Source of the DNA: Monocercomonoides exilis PA203
Taxonomy: Eukaryota; Protista; Preaxostyla
NCBI GenBank assembly: GCA_001643675.2
Contig: LSRY02000034.1
Span: 558,001-622,000 of the forward strand
Length of the DNA stretch: 64,000 nucleotides
Direction: 5' to 3'
Under the pieces are notes generated by a model. It was given only the letters and a program-made list of their open reading frames with translations, had not been told where the DNA came from and did no database searches. Position 1 is the stretch's first letter, and each line of letters starts with the position of its first letter. This document shows positions 1 through 17,587 of the stretch, piece by piece. A program made the translations under genes and the position numbers.

Positions 1-351
1 AAAATAAACGCATCTTCACCATTATCTGTTGTCATTGTTTGAAATAATATTTCTAATTCTATAGGTAATGTTGACTCATCGACCTCTCATTTCAACAAGG
101 AATATTTTTGTTCTTTCAAATCAAATTGATCAAAGTGTCCATTACTGCAAATCAGAAAAAGATTTAACGTTTTTTCTTTCTTTATTACACCTTGTCAAAT
201 AATATTAACAACATAGAATGGTGTCACAGTTTATATTTTCATGATTGTTTTGAGATAATATTTTGCACCTAATTTCTTTTATCCAATGATATCCAAATTT
301 AATGTGAATTACGAATATTTGTTATTATCTGAATGTAATATATTGTCAAAA

Positions 352-1749
352 ATGCAGTCAACGAGTGGAACCGAAAGGGTTAACGGTTTGCGTTCATTGT
401 TGTATTTGCACACTTTTAATTGTGATATTTTCACTTGATTTTTTCAGAAATGTTTTATGATCTGGCGCATTGCAATGAGGATAAGCAAAAACAGATTATT
501 GAAGAAATGAACAAGCAATTTGACGACGTGATTTTGAAAAATAATTATTTTCCTTTCACAAAAGAATTGTTCAACAAAATCGACAAAATGATTGAAGATA
601 AGAAACTTTCAATGGAAAATACAGTCATACTATTAAAGTGCATTGGATATTGCAATGCGCTGAAAAATATGGATGTTGATTTTTATTTCTCTGAATTGCG
701 TGAAAGAGTTGAAAAGATGATTATTGAAAAAGATAAGGAAAAAGAAGAAAAGGATGAAAAGTTTCTGATTGAAATCTGCGAATGCTACCTTTTTTTAAAC
801 GACATATCACATTCAAAATTGTTATCAATATGCGTTCCTCGCCTTTTGAAAGCTGCCTCAAAGAAAGAGGAAAACGAAGAAGCACAAAAAGGGGTGGAAA
901 TGGCTTTGCTGGCACTGAGCAGCATTCATTTTTTTGAAGTGTGATTTTCTTTTTTTCTTTTTCTTGATGATTATTTGATTCAATCGACAGTATGTGAAGA
1001 AAGAGTTGTTTCTGGATGAAATATCAGAAATTATTCAATCCAATCAAGAGCATCGAAACCTAACACATCTTGCATATCAATCTGCCTGGAGATTTTTCTT
1101 ATATAGATTTATCCATGACCAAGAATTGAAGGATGTCGTTGTGGACGAACTGTTCTTTGTTGAAGAAGCAACAAAAGAACTGAAAGAGCTGACAAGAAGT
1201 GTGAATTGGAAAGCAGGAGAAGGAGAGGGAAAAGAAACAAAAGAAGAGCAGATAATCATCATATGGCTCAACACGCTTATTAATTGTTATGATATTTGCG
1301 AATTGTGCTGTGAAGGAAATGCAGAGTTGGTTGCTTGCGTTGTGACATTGTGCCGAGCGTCAAATGTGCATTGCTCTGAAATATGCCACAGAGCCATCAA
1401 TCTTCTTGGCGCAATGATTTCAAGAAAAAGTGCATGTGTTTCAGACATTGTTGGAAAAGGTGCTTTTGATGTTGTTCTGGAGAAAATTCAGCAACCAACA
1501 TTGGATTACAATATAACGAGGAGATGTTTGGAGTTCTTATGGAATTTTTCCGATAGATTGAGAGATGAGGCGGGCCACAAAGCGGATGAAGCAAATTTTG
1601 AGATGTTGAAAAGAAAGATACTCGAAAAGTTGGAAGAAGAAGGATACGAAGACATCACCAGAAGTTTCAGAGAAGTTTCTCCATTTTTTGATGAAGGCTA
1701 TGGAACTTTCTTGAACGATAGTGACGTTAATTTTTTTGTGAATATTTAA
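352..1749 (+). CDS. Hypothetical helical (ARM-like) protein, 3 exons (352-385, 448-938, 991-1749)
   Basis: GT-AG introns 386-447 and 939-990 join ATG 352 and ORFs 435-944 and 994-1749 in frame. ARM-like fold is inferred from composition only. Confidence 0.75.
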
Positions 1750-2290
1750 GAAAATAAAGAGTTCAGATTGGCACTCAAAAATTGAATTTTATTGTTTTGC
1801 TCATTTCACAATTCATCAATCATTTGAATATATGTTTGTTTGTGTGTGATAATTTTCATATATTTTCGTAAAATGCATACTTAACGGCAATTCTCAAAAC
1901 AATGAAAAAACAGTTTATAAATATATTGAAAGTTATTTAGTGAATATTTCATGAACAAAATATGGGAAGAAACCATAATTTTTTTATTTTTGAAATATTT
2001 CGTTTTCACATATTTATGGGACTTTTGATCATTGAAAAATCAAAAATTTCATGGATGAAGTGTCTGATTCAGACGATTCACTTGCTCTGACTGGAAAACC
2101 TACAAACAAATTATTCAGAATGTTTCTCAATTCGGAAAAATCTGAAAAATGGATACAGTCTAAACCGGATATAATCACGTCGAATATAATCACATTCGAA
2201 TATAGTCACATTTTTCCATGCACCGACATTTTTGACCAATTTTTCATTCATTTTCCATCGCATATAATCACAGGGCTGAAAATATATAAT

Positions 2291-5200
2291 AGTATGGTGG
2301 AAAACCCGAACAGTTGCAAAAACCCGCACATATCATCTTGAATAATTTAAAAGATGATGAAAATTGATCAAATGATGTTTATTTTTGTTAAAACTCAATG
2401 TCGATTTCAAAAATTCATTTTTATTATTGAAAATTAACTATTTTGGTACAATTTTCAGTTGAAGATAATTTTTGATTCTTCTCATTTTTATTTTGATGTT
2501 ATCTTTCAATGATTTCATTCTTTTTTGTTTGCAACAAATATCACTCAACTTTTAAAGAATTTTTGTCTTTGACATCTTTTTGTAATGCGAAGTGAAAAAA
2601 TTATAAAAATTGAAATCTTTTCTCAAATAATAAAGTGACAAAGAATTAACTAAAAACATAAACACATCCTTACAGCAAAACATTGAAAATAACTTCTTGA
2701 ACGTGAAAAAATCGGAAAACATTAACATTTATCTGATTTTCTTATTAAAATGAAAAAAAAAAATGAAAAAAGTCAGTAGATGAAATAAATGAGATTCAAA
2801 AGAACACCATTATTGCATTATTTCTTCAAATGGAAACGAATTTGCAGATTTATCATAATAACGATCATCACATTGTTTTCTATCAAAATAATGGGTTCCA
2901 AACCCATAATAAAATTTTTTCAATCCAACAATGTTTCATAAATTTATTAACTTTGAAGAAATAGTTAAACAATTCAATAATTATTAAGTGGTTTGTCCAC
3001 TAGATATATTATTTGAAAGATTTTCATGGAGGATGTTCAATTCTACATTTTGTTCAATTTCAATCAAAATTTTCGATTTCAAATGATATGTAAACGCAAT
3101 GTGTTCCAATTTCCATGAAAGACTTTTTATGAATTCAGGAAATGCAGTTTCTAACTTTTTTTCGTCGGTAAGTGTTGTTAAAAACTGTTCAAAAGTTCTC
3201 ATTCTTTAAAGAATTACCTTTTTGTGGTTTGTTCTTTGTGTTTTATTTTTATTTTGATATCAATAAAACAATATTTTGTTCTTTTCATAGACAATTGCAC
3301 GACCATTGATAGAAAATTTATTCCCACAAGTTTTAAAATGAAAAAAGTTTATTTTTATTTTCGCAGGTTTGTTGATCACTTAATTTCTTTGTCTGGAACT
3401 TTGGTGCCTTTTCTATTATGCGATTCATTTTTAAATTTGAAAATGAAATAAATTGTTTTTTTCTTTTGTTTATCTTTTTTCAAAAATGTTTTTTTTTTCT
3501 TTTTTCTGAAAATTATTGTTTCTTTTCAGTAAAAATGCTTATGCTTGTTTTTTAATAAAAATAGAGTCATCCCGATTCTTTATCAAGAATTGTGAAAACT
3601 TGTTGTTGGAAAAAACGCCATTAACAAAATGCTTGACAATCAAATTGAATAGTAATTTCATAAATAATTAATATTTGATATGAATAGATTAAAAAGGTTT
3701 GATATGTTTTTCAACTTTTTTCGATTGTTTATTTCTCACAAATCATTTCTTTGGATTGTACTCACTTTCATCAGAATCCGTGAAAAGAACATAATGCTCA
3801 GATAATCTTTTGGGCAAACATTTTTCCGATCTCATGGAATATTTTTTGGACAATTTTTTTTCATCCGAATCTTCTTCTTCGTTGCTTGATGAAAGATCAT
3901 CTTCTATGTATTCACTGCTGTCAAGATCTCTTTTTCTCTTTTCTTTCGATTTATTTAATCTGTCGGAATGATGATCAGTCTCTGAAGATTCATCTTCAGA
4001 ATAATTAGAAGAACTCGATAAATCAGTCACTTGTTTTCGACCATCATGTTCATCCAAATGATCTGACCGGCACAGAATCAGTCTTTTCTGTTTGTTTTTT
4101 CTTCTGAAAACACGAACGACCAAAATATTTTCTTCCCCTTCTTGTGAATCAGTTGGATCTGATTCGAAATCTGTTGAACATGAGATATCGTCAGTGTCAT
4201 TATTGTCACCAGTATTCTCATTAGTAGTAAGGTTTGAAAGCTTGGAATCAGAAGAAGTAATTTTTGAAGATGAAGGTCTTTCCTTTTGATTTTTTATCGT
4301 TTTTTGCTTAATATTTGTTTTATGAATATTCTCAATTTTTTCATCAATATAAATAGACTTTTTCTCTTCAAATGCTTGCCATTCATTTAGAACTGCGTTT
4401 GATGTAATTAGTTTACCAGAGATGGACCATCGGTATGTCTGTCTCGCCGGTTTTACACCGAAAGACAAGGAATCCAAAGTGCACCTCAGAACGTGAGATA
4501 TTCGAGAAGACGTTATACCAGCTTCGTAAAACCCATGCCGTATTACTCTAGGTGCCATCGCATAATAAGAGCAATCTGCGATTGCTTGGACAAAAGGTAA
4601 AAATTCTGTTTTCATTTTTCTCACACTTGGTTCATTTCTAACATTTTTCAATTGCTTTTTTAGTGCTGCATTAGGTCCGAGATCAAGTGGCTGAAGGATA
4701 TGGGATGTGTGTGCTGGTAGCACAACGACATCCACGTTTTCTTCAGAAAACTTTTTCCACAGCTGGATATTTTGTCTTGAAGAGTGTCCGTCAAGAATTA
4801 TTAAAGCAGAGAGTGATGAATTGCTTATTTTTTCTTCGGATATTTTTTCGTATTGAGTAATTTCTTTTTTCGTGAAGCTTGCTTTTTGCATCTGAGTGTC
4901 ATTCTTTATCCACCAATCTCTATTATCATCTTCTTCAATTAGAAACATTCTTTCATCAGAAGAACTTAAATAAGTTTCATCACGAAAGTTAGTAATTTCA
5001 TCAACATCAACTTTAGGAGATCCATTTGATGGTATTTGAAAACTCTTTTTGTTTCGAAAAAAATTTTCACACTCTGAAGATTCTTTTGAACAGCCAAATG
5101 CGGATTGGTGCAGTTGCTGCAACGCTTGAATTCGATCTCCTTCTGAAGACATTGTCTCTGAAAGTTCCAGTTTGTCAATACAAATGGATTCCTTGTGACT

Positions 5201-6511
5201 ATTTTCATTATCGCACTGATCTTTGGATCGCTGGGATTTTGTCGGTGAATCTGAGTTATCTATTGGAAATAGTTCTGATCCAGCTGATGAATGCAATGCT
5301 ATTGATTCTTGATCGTCTTCGTCTTGAAAATTTTGTTGTGTTGTTTTTTCACTAGAATCATTCTTTTTCATTTTCTGATCGCATTTTTCTAACCTTCTTT
5401 CTTTCGTTTTCAATTCACAAGATTTTTTTTGGAATATTTCATATTGATATTGTTGAATTCTTTCAACAACTTTTCTTTGCTTTTGAATGAAAGGAAGAAC
5501 ATGTTCTAACATTATTTTTTCAAATAGCTCTTTTGTCATCCATCCTTTTTGAGTTGAATGCAATACGAATGATTCGTCATTCCATTGTTCGTTTATTTCT
5601 TTTTCATATTTTGAACTTAAAAGAAGATGAGTGGGGAGATGATATCCATCAGCTCTCACAATAAATAAAAGAGTTAAATGACGAAGAGGAGGAGTTTCCA
5701 AACATGGCAAGTATTTGCATTTCTCATTTGCAATTCTTTTATTATGATGACGACAGTTGGACTGACAACTTGTTTCGTCCAATTGTTATATTAACGAAGG
5801 ATGATATTTTTTCTTCAGCATCAAAGTTCGCAAATGAGAAAGAAAAGACTGTATATTTGCTTTTAACGATGCTCTCAAGCGTGCATGATCAAGTCGAACT
5901 GGATTTATCATGCGCAATTGTTTTTGCCTTGATAAAAAATCGTAAACCCATCTCAGACTTGGTGTTTCGATATATTCAGTCGAGGCCGGAGATCTTTCGA
6001 TTCGAATTTGTCTTGCCTTGATTGGAAAATAAGTTTCAAATTTCAAAATAAAAAAATCATACTAAAAAAGGAATGTCATTAATTGATGGCTGCTTCAAAA
6101 TATTGTGCCAATTTAATATAATTTGAACAAGCTTCTCTTCTTCTTCCTTCGTTAAATATCGTGGCCTTCCATTAATACCAGATATCTCACCGCGAGATTC
6201 CATTCGATTTGCTCTGTTTCTTCGAAAATATTCTTTTCTGGAATTATTCATATTTTCTGTCTTCACTTTTTGCATTTGAATAATTTGAATATCAACAATT
6301 GACTGATTTCTGCAATATTTTTGGCTTTTTTAAAAATTTAATATGGAATAACTCCCATCATAATAAATGCATTTTTATTCTTATTAAAAATTCATTTATA
6401 TTTTGAAGTGTTTATTTAAAAAAAACTTTTTCTTAACACCAAAATTTTATTATGTTTCCAAAAATCCTAAGAGTGCGGGTTTTTGCAAATGTTCGGGTTT
6501 TTGCACATATC
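2291..6511 (-). mobile_element. pogo/Tigger-like DNA transposon (family P1), ~4.2 kb
   Basis: Imperfect ~40-bp TIRs with core aaaacccgaaca.ttgcaaaaacccgcac at 2291-2329 and 6473-6511; encloses a DDE_1-type transposase. Exact ends uncertain by 1-2 nt. Confidence 0.85.
3743..6275 (-). pseudogene. pogo-like DDE_1 (CENP-B family) transposase with one intron and a premature stop
   Basis: GRPRYLT HTH region, intron 6062-6017 (phase 0), in-frame TAA at 5786-88 just before QLDETS, then GWMT, LIILDGHSSR, LPAHTSHILQPLDL and a long acidic tail. Confidence 0.85.
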
Positions 6512-9199
6512 ATAATCACATTTTTTATTATTATGGGTGATTTTTTCATTGAAAAATCGATTTTTTGATCAAAAATTTCGAAATTTCGCTTTTTCAAAAA
6601 TGTGCTCAAATAAGTTTAAATAATGAGTATTTATGAAAAAAATTAATTTCGCAAGTGAAAAAAGTGTATTTGGATAAAATTTCCAAAAATAAAAAAATCG
6701 ACCCAAAATTAATTATTTCAAAAATTAATTTTTATTTTTTTCTGTGTTTAACAGCATCGCATATTATCACAATCGGATATTGTCACAAAAAGTTGTGCAA
6801 AATCAGATGTGATAATATCCGGTTTTGACTGTATATAGGAAAATCGTCAAAAACAAACCAAAATGCAGAAGGCACAGAATTGAAATGGATTTTCTGCTTT
6901 GCTATGGAAGAATGATGTGGGTTTGCAGAAAACGCGGCAACAGGCAGCCAGCATACAAGAATACATCCTTGTATCGAAGCAGGATACCAATAAATGTGAT
7001 TTTGTTAATAATCCAATTAATTTGGAATAGAGCTAGTGTAAATTTTGCTCTGAAATGTTGGGAATTCAAGGAACTCTGTGGAATATTTGTCATCTGTTTT
7101 GAGGTGTTGCTCGATAGACATGAAAATCTGAATGAAACTATTTTTGTTTGCGAAAACAATATTGATGAAATATATGAATGCGTTTTGAGGAGAAGAAAAC
7201 ATCATAGAGGAAAAAGAAAGAAACAAATGAAGGTCTTTGGTGCAGTGGAGCGAAAGAAAGATAAAATGTATGAATCAAGGAATTTTTTTTGTCATAATTG
7301 TGCCTGACCGTTCAGCTTCGATATTGATTCCAATCATTCAAAAGCACATTCTACCTCATTCAACAATAATGTCAGATGAATGGAAGGCTTATTCATCTCT
7401 TTCTCGTCTTGGATTCAATCATCCAACAGTGTGCCACAAGATAAAATATTATGATGAAGAAACTCACTCATGCACAAATACAATCGAAAAATTATGGAGC
7501 CATATGAAAAGATTTTTTCCTCATCAAAGCATTCGAGAAAAATATGTAGCTGATCAACTTGCTTTTTGGATGATTAATAAGAGAAAGATTGTGAGATTTG
7601 AATAAATTGTATCAACAACTGTTTTTTTGCAAAGAAAAACAAACAGAAGAAGCTGAAGAAGATGAAGAAACAGAAGAAAATGAAGAAGAAATACCTGATT
7701 TGGATGATTTGATTAATTCCAATGACAGCGAAACAAGTGAAACCGACAATATTGACACAGGCGATGGTTTATCTGCCTCCGAGTATTCAGAAAACTCATA
7801 AAGATAAACTTTTTTGTTTTGTTTTGAATTTTTTATCTATGATAATTTTTCCATTTTTGAAAAAATTTTTTACCCATTTTCAAAATTTTTGAAAAATTAA
7901 TATTTTATTTTAACGAACTTCCGCATGTTTTTAATTACTAAAAACATCACAAATGATGTTTAAAAACAATAAACAATTGAATGTTCATGAAAGGGTTTCA
8001 AATTCGATTTGTTTGTTTGTCTGTTTGCTTTATTTTTCAGCAAACATAGCGATTTTTAACATCATTTGAAGAAAGAATTGAATTCAGCAATATCTCTTTA
8101 ACATTCATGCGAATTCAGTTCATTTTTTGATTTCTTTTCTTCTTCTTCCTGTATCTTTTTCTTTTTCTCCAAGGCAATCACACCTTCTGACGCTTTTCTC
8201 TCAAAATCCAGCTCATTCTCAATCCCATCTTCTGATCCTCTTTGGGCAAGTCTTGCTGTGAGAAAGATCCAAGCCAACTATTTTATTGAGCAGTGGTGAT
8301 TTGTTCTGAATAAATGCATTTTGATTTTTGTGAGTTTTCAAAAAAGCTATTTTTTTATTTAGCTTTCAAAGATTTTTTTCGAAACAAATGAAAAGCAGAA
8401 CTCTTTGTGATATTGATCAAATCAAAGCAACAAACATTGCATTCATCAATTCTGCTCAACGTGAACAAATCCTTTTCACAATTACATTTTTTATTATATT
8501 TTTCTAAATTATCATCACACAGGAGCTTTTTCTTTGATTTTTCATTTTCATTTTTCATTTTGAATAACAGAAAACAACTGTTTCATTTTGATCGTTTTCT
8601 CAGCTTTGATGATATGTTCACGAATATCCTTTGGTACTGAAAAACTCATTTTTATCCATATTCATTGAGAAAGGAAAACTCATCAAAGAAGTCAAAGGTT
8701 TTGCTCTTTGTTTAATAATCCGTTGAGCATTCTTGATGTTCAATGAATTTCAAATATATTTTTCATTTTGGATAAGTGAGATGTATAATCTTTTCACTCA
8801 ATTGCAATGCTTTGTTATTTGCTTTATATGGACAATGAGGATAATGATATTGGTTGGAAAATATGAAAAGAATGATTTGAACAATAATTTTTCATCATCA
8901 AAATAATTAAATATGGTTTGAAACTCAACGCCCATAACAAAAATTGTTCGGGCTCATTTATAAACAAGTGATTTTTTCGTTATGGCAACAATGTGCGTAT
9001 TTTTGTGATTTCTTTCTTCTTTCATGTTTGCTGTTTTATTTATGGTTAATGTTTTTTAATTTAACTTTGGGAATTGTTCTCATCGCCAAAAAAATGTGTT
9101 TCCTTTTTGAAGACCTGAACGCAAACCTTCACCATCTTCCACAGATCAACTTTTAGCTTTAACTGGAGCAGATAAAGAAATTGAGGAAACTTCGCATAA

Positions 9200-10397
9200 T
9201 TGTGCAAAACATTTGAGGAAATGCATTTGAAGGATGAATTGCTTCGTGGTGTTTATTCATATGGTTTTGATGTTCCCTCACTTATTCAGCAGAAAGCAAT
9301 CCTTCCAGTTATTCAAGGGAGAGATCTTCTTGCTTAAGCAGATTGGAAAACAGGAAAAACAACTGCTTTCTCAATTGCTTGCTTGCATGCAGAAAGTTGA
9401 TCCTTCCTGCCACTTCACACAAGCTTTGATTCTCACTCCTTCAAGTGAACTCACAATACAAACGCACAACGTTTGTTCAATTCAAAATGTCTTTTATGAT
9501 ATTTCCAAATTTTTTTAGATGATCGCAAAAATGGCTAAATTCTTGAAGGGAATCAACATTTTGAAAGTTGTAACAATACTTGATATTCGCGAAGCAGCAA
9601 AAAAAAGTGACTGAGACACCACAACACATTGTTGTCGGAACACCACAGAGATTGGCTCATATGATTCGTTCTGAAATTATTGATGTTTCTCATCTGAGAA
9701 TCTTTGTACTCGACGATGTTGATGAAATGCTCTCTCAAGGGTTTAAGGATAAGATTGTAGAAATATTCTCAAATTTACCAAAGAATGCACAAACAGTTAT
9801 GATGAGTTCTCCTTTGCCTTCGGAGGTCATTGAGATAGCTCACCAGATTCAAAATGAACCTGTTCGGATTTTGGTTCCTCGCAATGAGAGCATTCTTGAT
9901 GATATGCGTCAATTCTATGTTGCTGTTGAAAATGAGGAATTCAAAGAGGAAGCATTATTGACCTTCACGATTCTATCCAGGTTGCGCAATGCGTTGTCTT
10001 CTGCAATTCAAAGCGCAAAGTGGATTATGTCACCGAGGATCTTCGGAGCATAGGATTCAGAGCGAGTTCTGTTCATAAAGGAATGTATTTTGAAGAAAGA
10101 AACAGCACTTTTCAAGATTTCAGAGATAGAAAAAACAGAGTGCTGTTGACTACAGATGAGTTTGTTCGTTGTATTCACGATGTATATGCTTAGCTAATAG
10201 TGAACTTCGACTTGCCGATGGAGTATGAGTCATATATTCAGAGATTAGACAGTACAGAAAATTTTGGAAAAAGAGGAATGGTCATCAGTCTTGTCACAGA
10301 AGAAGATGGTCAGATGCTGAAAGATATTCAGGAATTCTATGGAACAAAAATTGAGGAACTACCAGCAAAATTCAAAGAACTGCTGCAGCTGAAATAA
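9200..10397 (+). pseudogene. Decayed eIF4A-like DEAD-box helicase
   Basis: [50 protein letters not shown]. In-frame TAA and TAG, frameshifts near 9380 and 9960, probable intron ~9471-9518. True start not located. Confidence 0.85.
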
Positions 10398-12190
10398 ATG
10401 AGAAAATGGTGAGAGAAAGAAGGAAAGGGCAATCTCAGCTTTCTGAAAGGAAAAAAAATGAGAAAAGAAAAAGATGAAGAAATGATGGAGATGAGAATGA
10501 ATAAAAGACAAATAAGCAAATGAGAATTGATAGAAGAGAGAAAAATCAAATGAAGAAAAGAGGAAGAATTATTGAATAAATAATTTTGTTTGCTTGACAC
10601 CTGTTGAAAATTGGATGAATTCTTCATTGAAATTGATCAAAATGAAAAAAACATCAGAAAAGAAAAATAAAGTGATTTGAAACCATCAGAGCCCTTTCTT
10701 CAACTCCTTTTTATTCTTCTTTCATTTGCACAGCTTTCAAAAGACAAGTGAAATAAAGTGGAAATTGTTTGAAGAAGATTGACTTTCGTCAATACAAAGA
10801 TAGCATTCACAAATGCCAATCAGCCACTTTTCATTTTCAACTTTGTTTTTTTCAACTTCTTCATCAGCTGTTATCATTTCTAATCTTCATGTTTATAAAG
10901 AAATTAAATGAAAAAAGAAAAGGAAATAATTCAACATATTGCATTATTAAATGTTCCTCAACAATTGTTTCTCGTCTTCAAGAGTGATATTCACACATTC
11001 CTTAAATTCGTCTTTTTCATTTCAGAATAACCTATTTTTTTGGTTTTTTTATTTGATGGCAGGGCAATATTTCTTCTTTAAATATACAAATGTTACAAAC
11101 ACATAAAATGCTTTCTTTTTCTTTTTTCAAAAGTTTGAGTCATCTCCAAATAAGTGCATCCAATTTGACATTTTCTGTGCTTCATTTTCCAAGGCAAATA
11201 CACTTCAAACAGTTGAAAGTGAATTCAAAATGAAAAAAACTCAAAAACATGAAAGCAATAGACAAAGAAAAGCCAATAAATAAGAAAAACAAACACAGAA
11301 CTTTTCTAAAATATTCTTCTTTGTTTCTCTATGTTGTTCTCATTAATCTTAACAGCTTCAGCAAATATGTTCATACAATATCACACCACATGAACCTCTT
11401 GATCATTTTCAGTTTCGCCTCCGTATATGACAGGTATCTTGCCCAAACATCCAGTTTCACAAACTTGTCCAATAGAACCTTCATGGTTGAAAACGAATCT
11501 TACAAGAAATTTCAATGATATTTCTTCTTTCCACGCTTCCAAGCACCTACAAAAGGAAGACTCGGAATTTGCAGATGCGTCACATGCTCATCGATTGTCA
11601 TTGACCTTTATGAGATGTGCAAGGCAACACATTCCTATTTCCTCCTGATGATTGAGAACAGATAGCACAATAATTTCTTATCTCTTCATTGTGCAATGCC
11701 CACAAACAAAGAAAAAAGCATCCTTGACAAAAATGAAGAAGATGAATTCTTTCAAACAGAAAAGAGAAATCGAGCGGTTTTTTAAACATACAAATTTGGC
11801 AAAAAAAAGTGAATTTCAAACTTTTTTATAATGCTCTTCTTCATTTCACAGATTGGCAACGGCCATTCAGACAAAAGGATGAGATAATACAAAATTCAAT
11901 TTCTATTAACCAACAATATCTCAATGTTGCGCTATCATCTTCAATCTTCATTTTTCCATTATCACAACTGCCCATAATTATTTTCATTCAAAATTTATTC
12001 TTTGTTATTTTTCAGATAAAAATGAAACTCAAACCAAAAAAACAGAATAAAAGTTGAAAGCGCAATGATTTATCCCGCCAGGATAATAATATGGAAAAGA
12101 AGTTCAAAAGATGATTTGTTTTCAACACACAAAAGTGAAAATCCACGATACTGATGAATCTGTAAAGGCACCCTTAATGGTGAACAGTGG

Positions 12191-16655
<4,465 letters not shown>

Positions 16656-17053
16656 CAGAGGGGAAGGAGAAGAAGCAGGGAAAGAGGAAGGAAAGAGAAG
16701 AGCAGACGGAGAAGAGCGATTCAGTTGGGATGAGGGAAGGAAAGAGAGAATGAATAGAGATATTAAAGGATGTTGGGGAGATTAAGTTGAAATTTTGAAA
16801 AGCAAAATTTTATGTTCAATGAAAAATCTCATTTTATGTTTAATGTTTGTGACAATGGAGATGATCACGCATACAAACACGAAAGGGCAAAAATTCACTC
16901 TATTTGGTTTATATTGTTGTTGTTGGATTGAGAGAAATCAATGAAGATGAACAGAAATTGTTTGCTTCCCTCTTCATTTATTTGAAAAGCAATTCACTTG
17001 CCAGATCAATTTATTCCAATGAAGCAGCATCCTTGTTTCATTTGATCATCTAA

Positions 17054-17587
17054 GTGGAAAAGTCAACTTCTTCTTTCACTTCTTCTTCTTCAGCCATCAA
17101 ATCAAACAACACGCGCACGTCACAACTGTCTCGGCTTCCTTTCCTGACCCGTCTGAAAGAAGGCCCCGCAGAGCAACTGAGTCTGTTCCGGGCAGCGTCA
17201 GAGGAGCTTCTGGAGGAGATGATGAAAGAGCTGACAGGAACATACCCCTTCCTTCAGCAGGCACACGAATGCCTCTCCTTCAAGAAGCCCTGCCAGTTTG
17301 CTGCGCTGTCTTCTTCGCATGCGCTGCCGCTGAAGCCGATGAAAGTGAGCGAGTTTGCATTTGCAAAGCTGCCGGCGCTGCCAGAGTCTCCGCAGGTGTT
17401 TGCGAGCAGAGCAGAAAGAGAAGGAGAAGTCGAAAGGGCGAAAGTGCAGGAGAGAGGAGGAGCAACCAGGACACTTCCGTCGCAGCCAAATGGATACAAC
17501 TTCAGGACTGTTTGCGAAGATGTCATTGAGAATATGATCCAGAGCTTCATTTCAGGGTGGATCGACGAGGAGTTGAATGCTATGTGA
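17054..17587 (+). CDS. Hypothetical protein, probably a last exon
   Basis: 177-codon GC-elevated ORF between AT-rich flanks; no ATG at ORF start. Confidence 0.55.
   Translation: MEKSTSSFTSSSSAIKSNNTRTSQLSRLPFLTRLKEGPAEQLSLFRAASEELLEEMMKELTGTYPFLQQAHECLSFKKPCQFAALSSSHALPLKPMKVSEFAFAKLPALPESPQVFASRAEREGEVERAKVQERGGATRTLPSQPNGYNFRTVCEDVIENMIQSFISGWIDEELNAM

Larger units (their letters stand above)
2156..6831. mobile_element. TA-flanked MITE (family A, ~450 bp), split into 2156-~2290 and ~6512-6831 by a pogo-like insertion
   Basis: TIRs cagtc(t/a)aaaccggatat.atcac; TA at 2154-55 and 6832-33; the two halves are collinear with the intact copy at 45260-45709. Confidence 0.9.
2051..7801 (+). pseudogene. 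Merlin (IS1595/ISXO2-like DDE) transposase, split by nested insertions and frameshifted
   Basis: Motifs RRKHHRG, VFGAVER, VPDRSASILIPIIQKHI, TIMSDEWKAY, TNTIEKLWS. Removing 2156-6833 fuses 2051-2155 (..EKWI) in frame to 6834 (YRKIV..). Frameshifts near 7260-7290 and 7600; first catalytic Asp region reads DEIYEC. Confidence 0.85.

Noticed and set aside
1880-7925. Candidate Merlin TIRs (cggcaattctc near 1885 and gaacttccg near 7920)
   Set aside because: Match too weak and no TSD, so element ends are not called.
9330-9340. TAA at a conserved Gln of eIF4A, suggesting the TAA/TAG=Gln code known in some oxymonads
   Set aside because: Long intact ORFs here contain no TAA/TAG and end in TAA; other in-frame stops (5786, 24883, ~10191) are at positions not expected to be Gln; this locus also has frameshifts. 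A CAA-to-TAA mutation is simpler.
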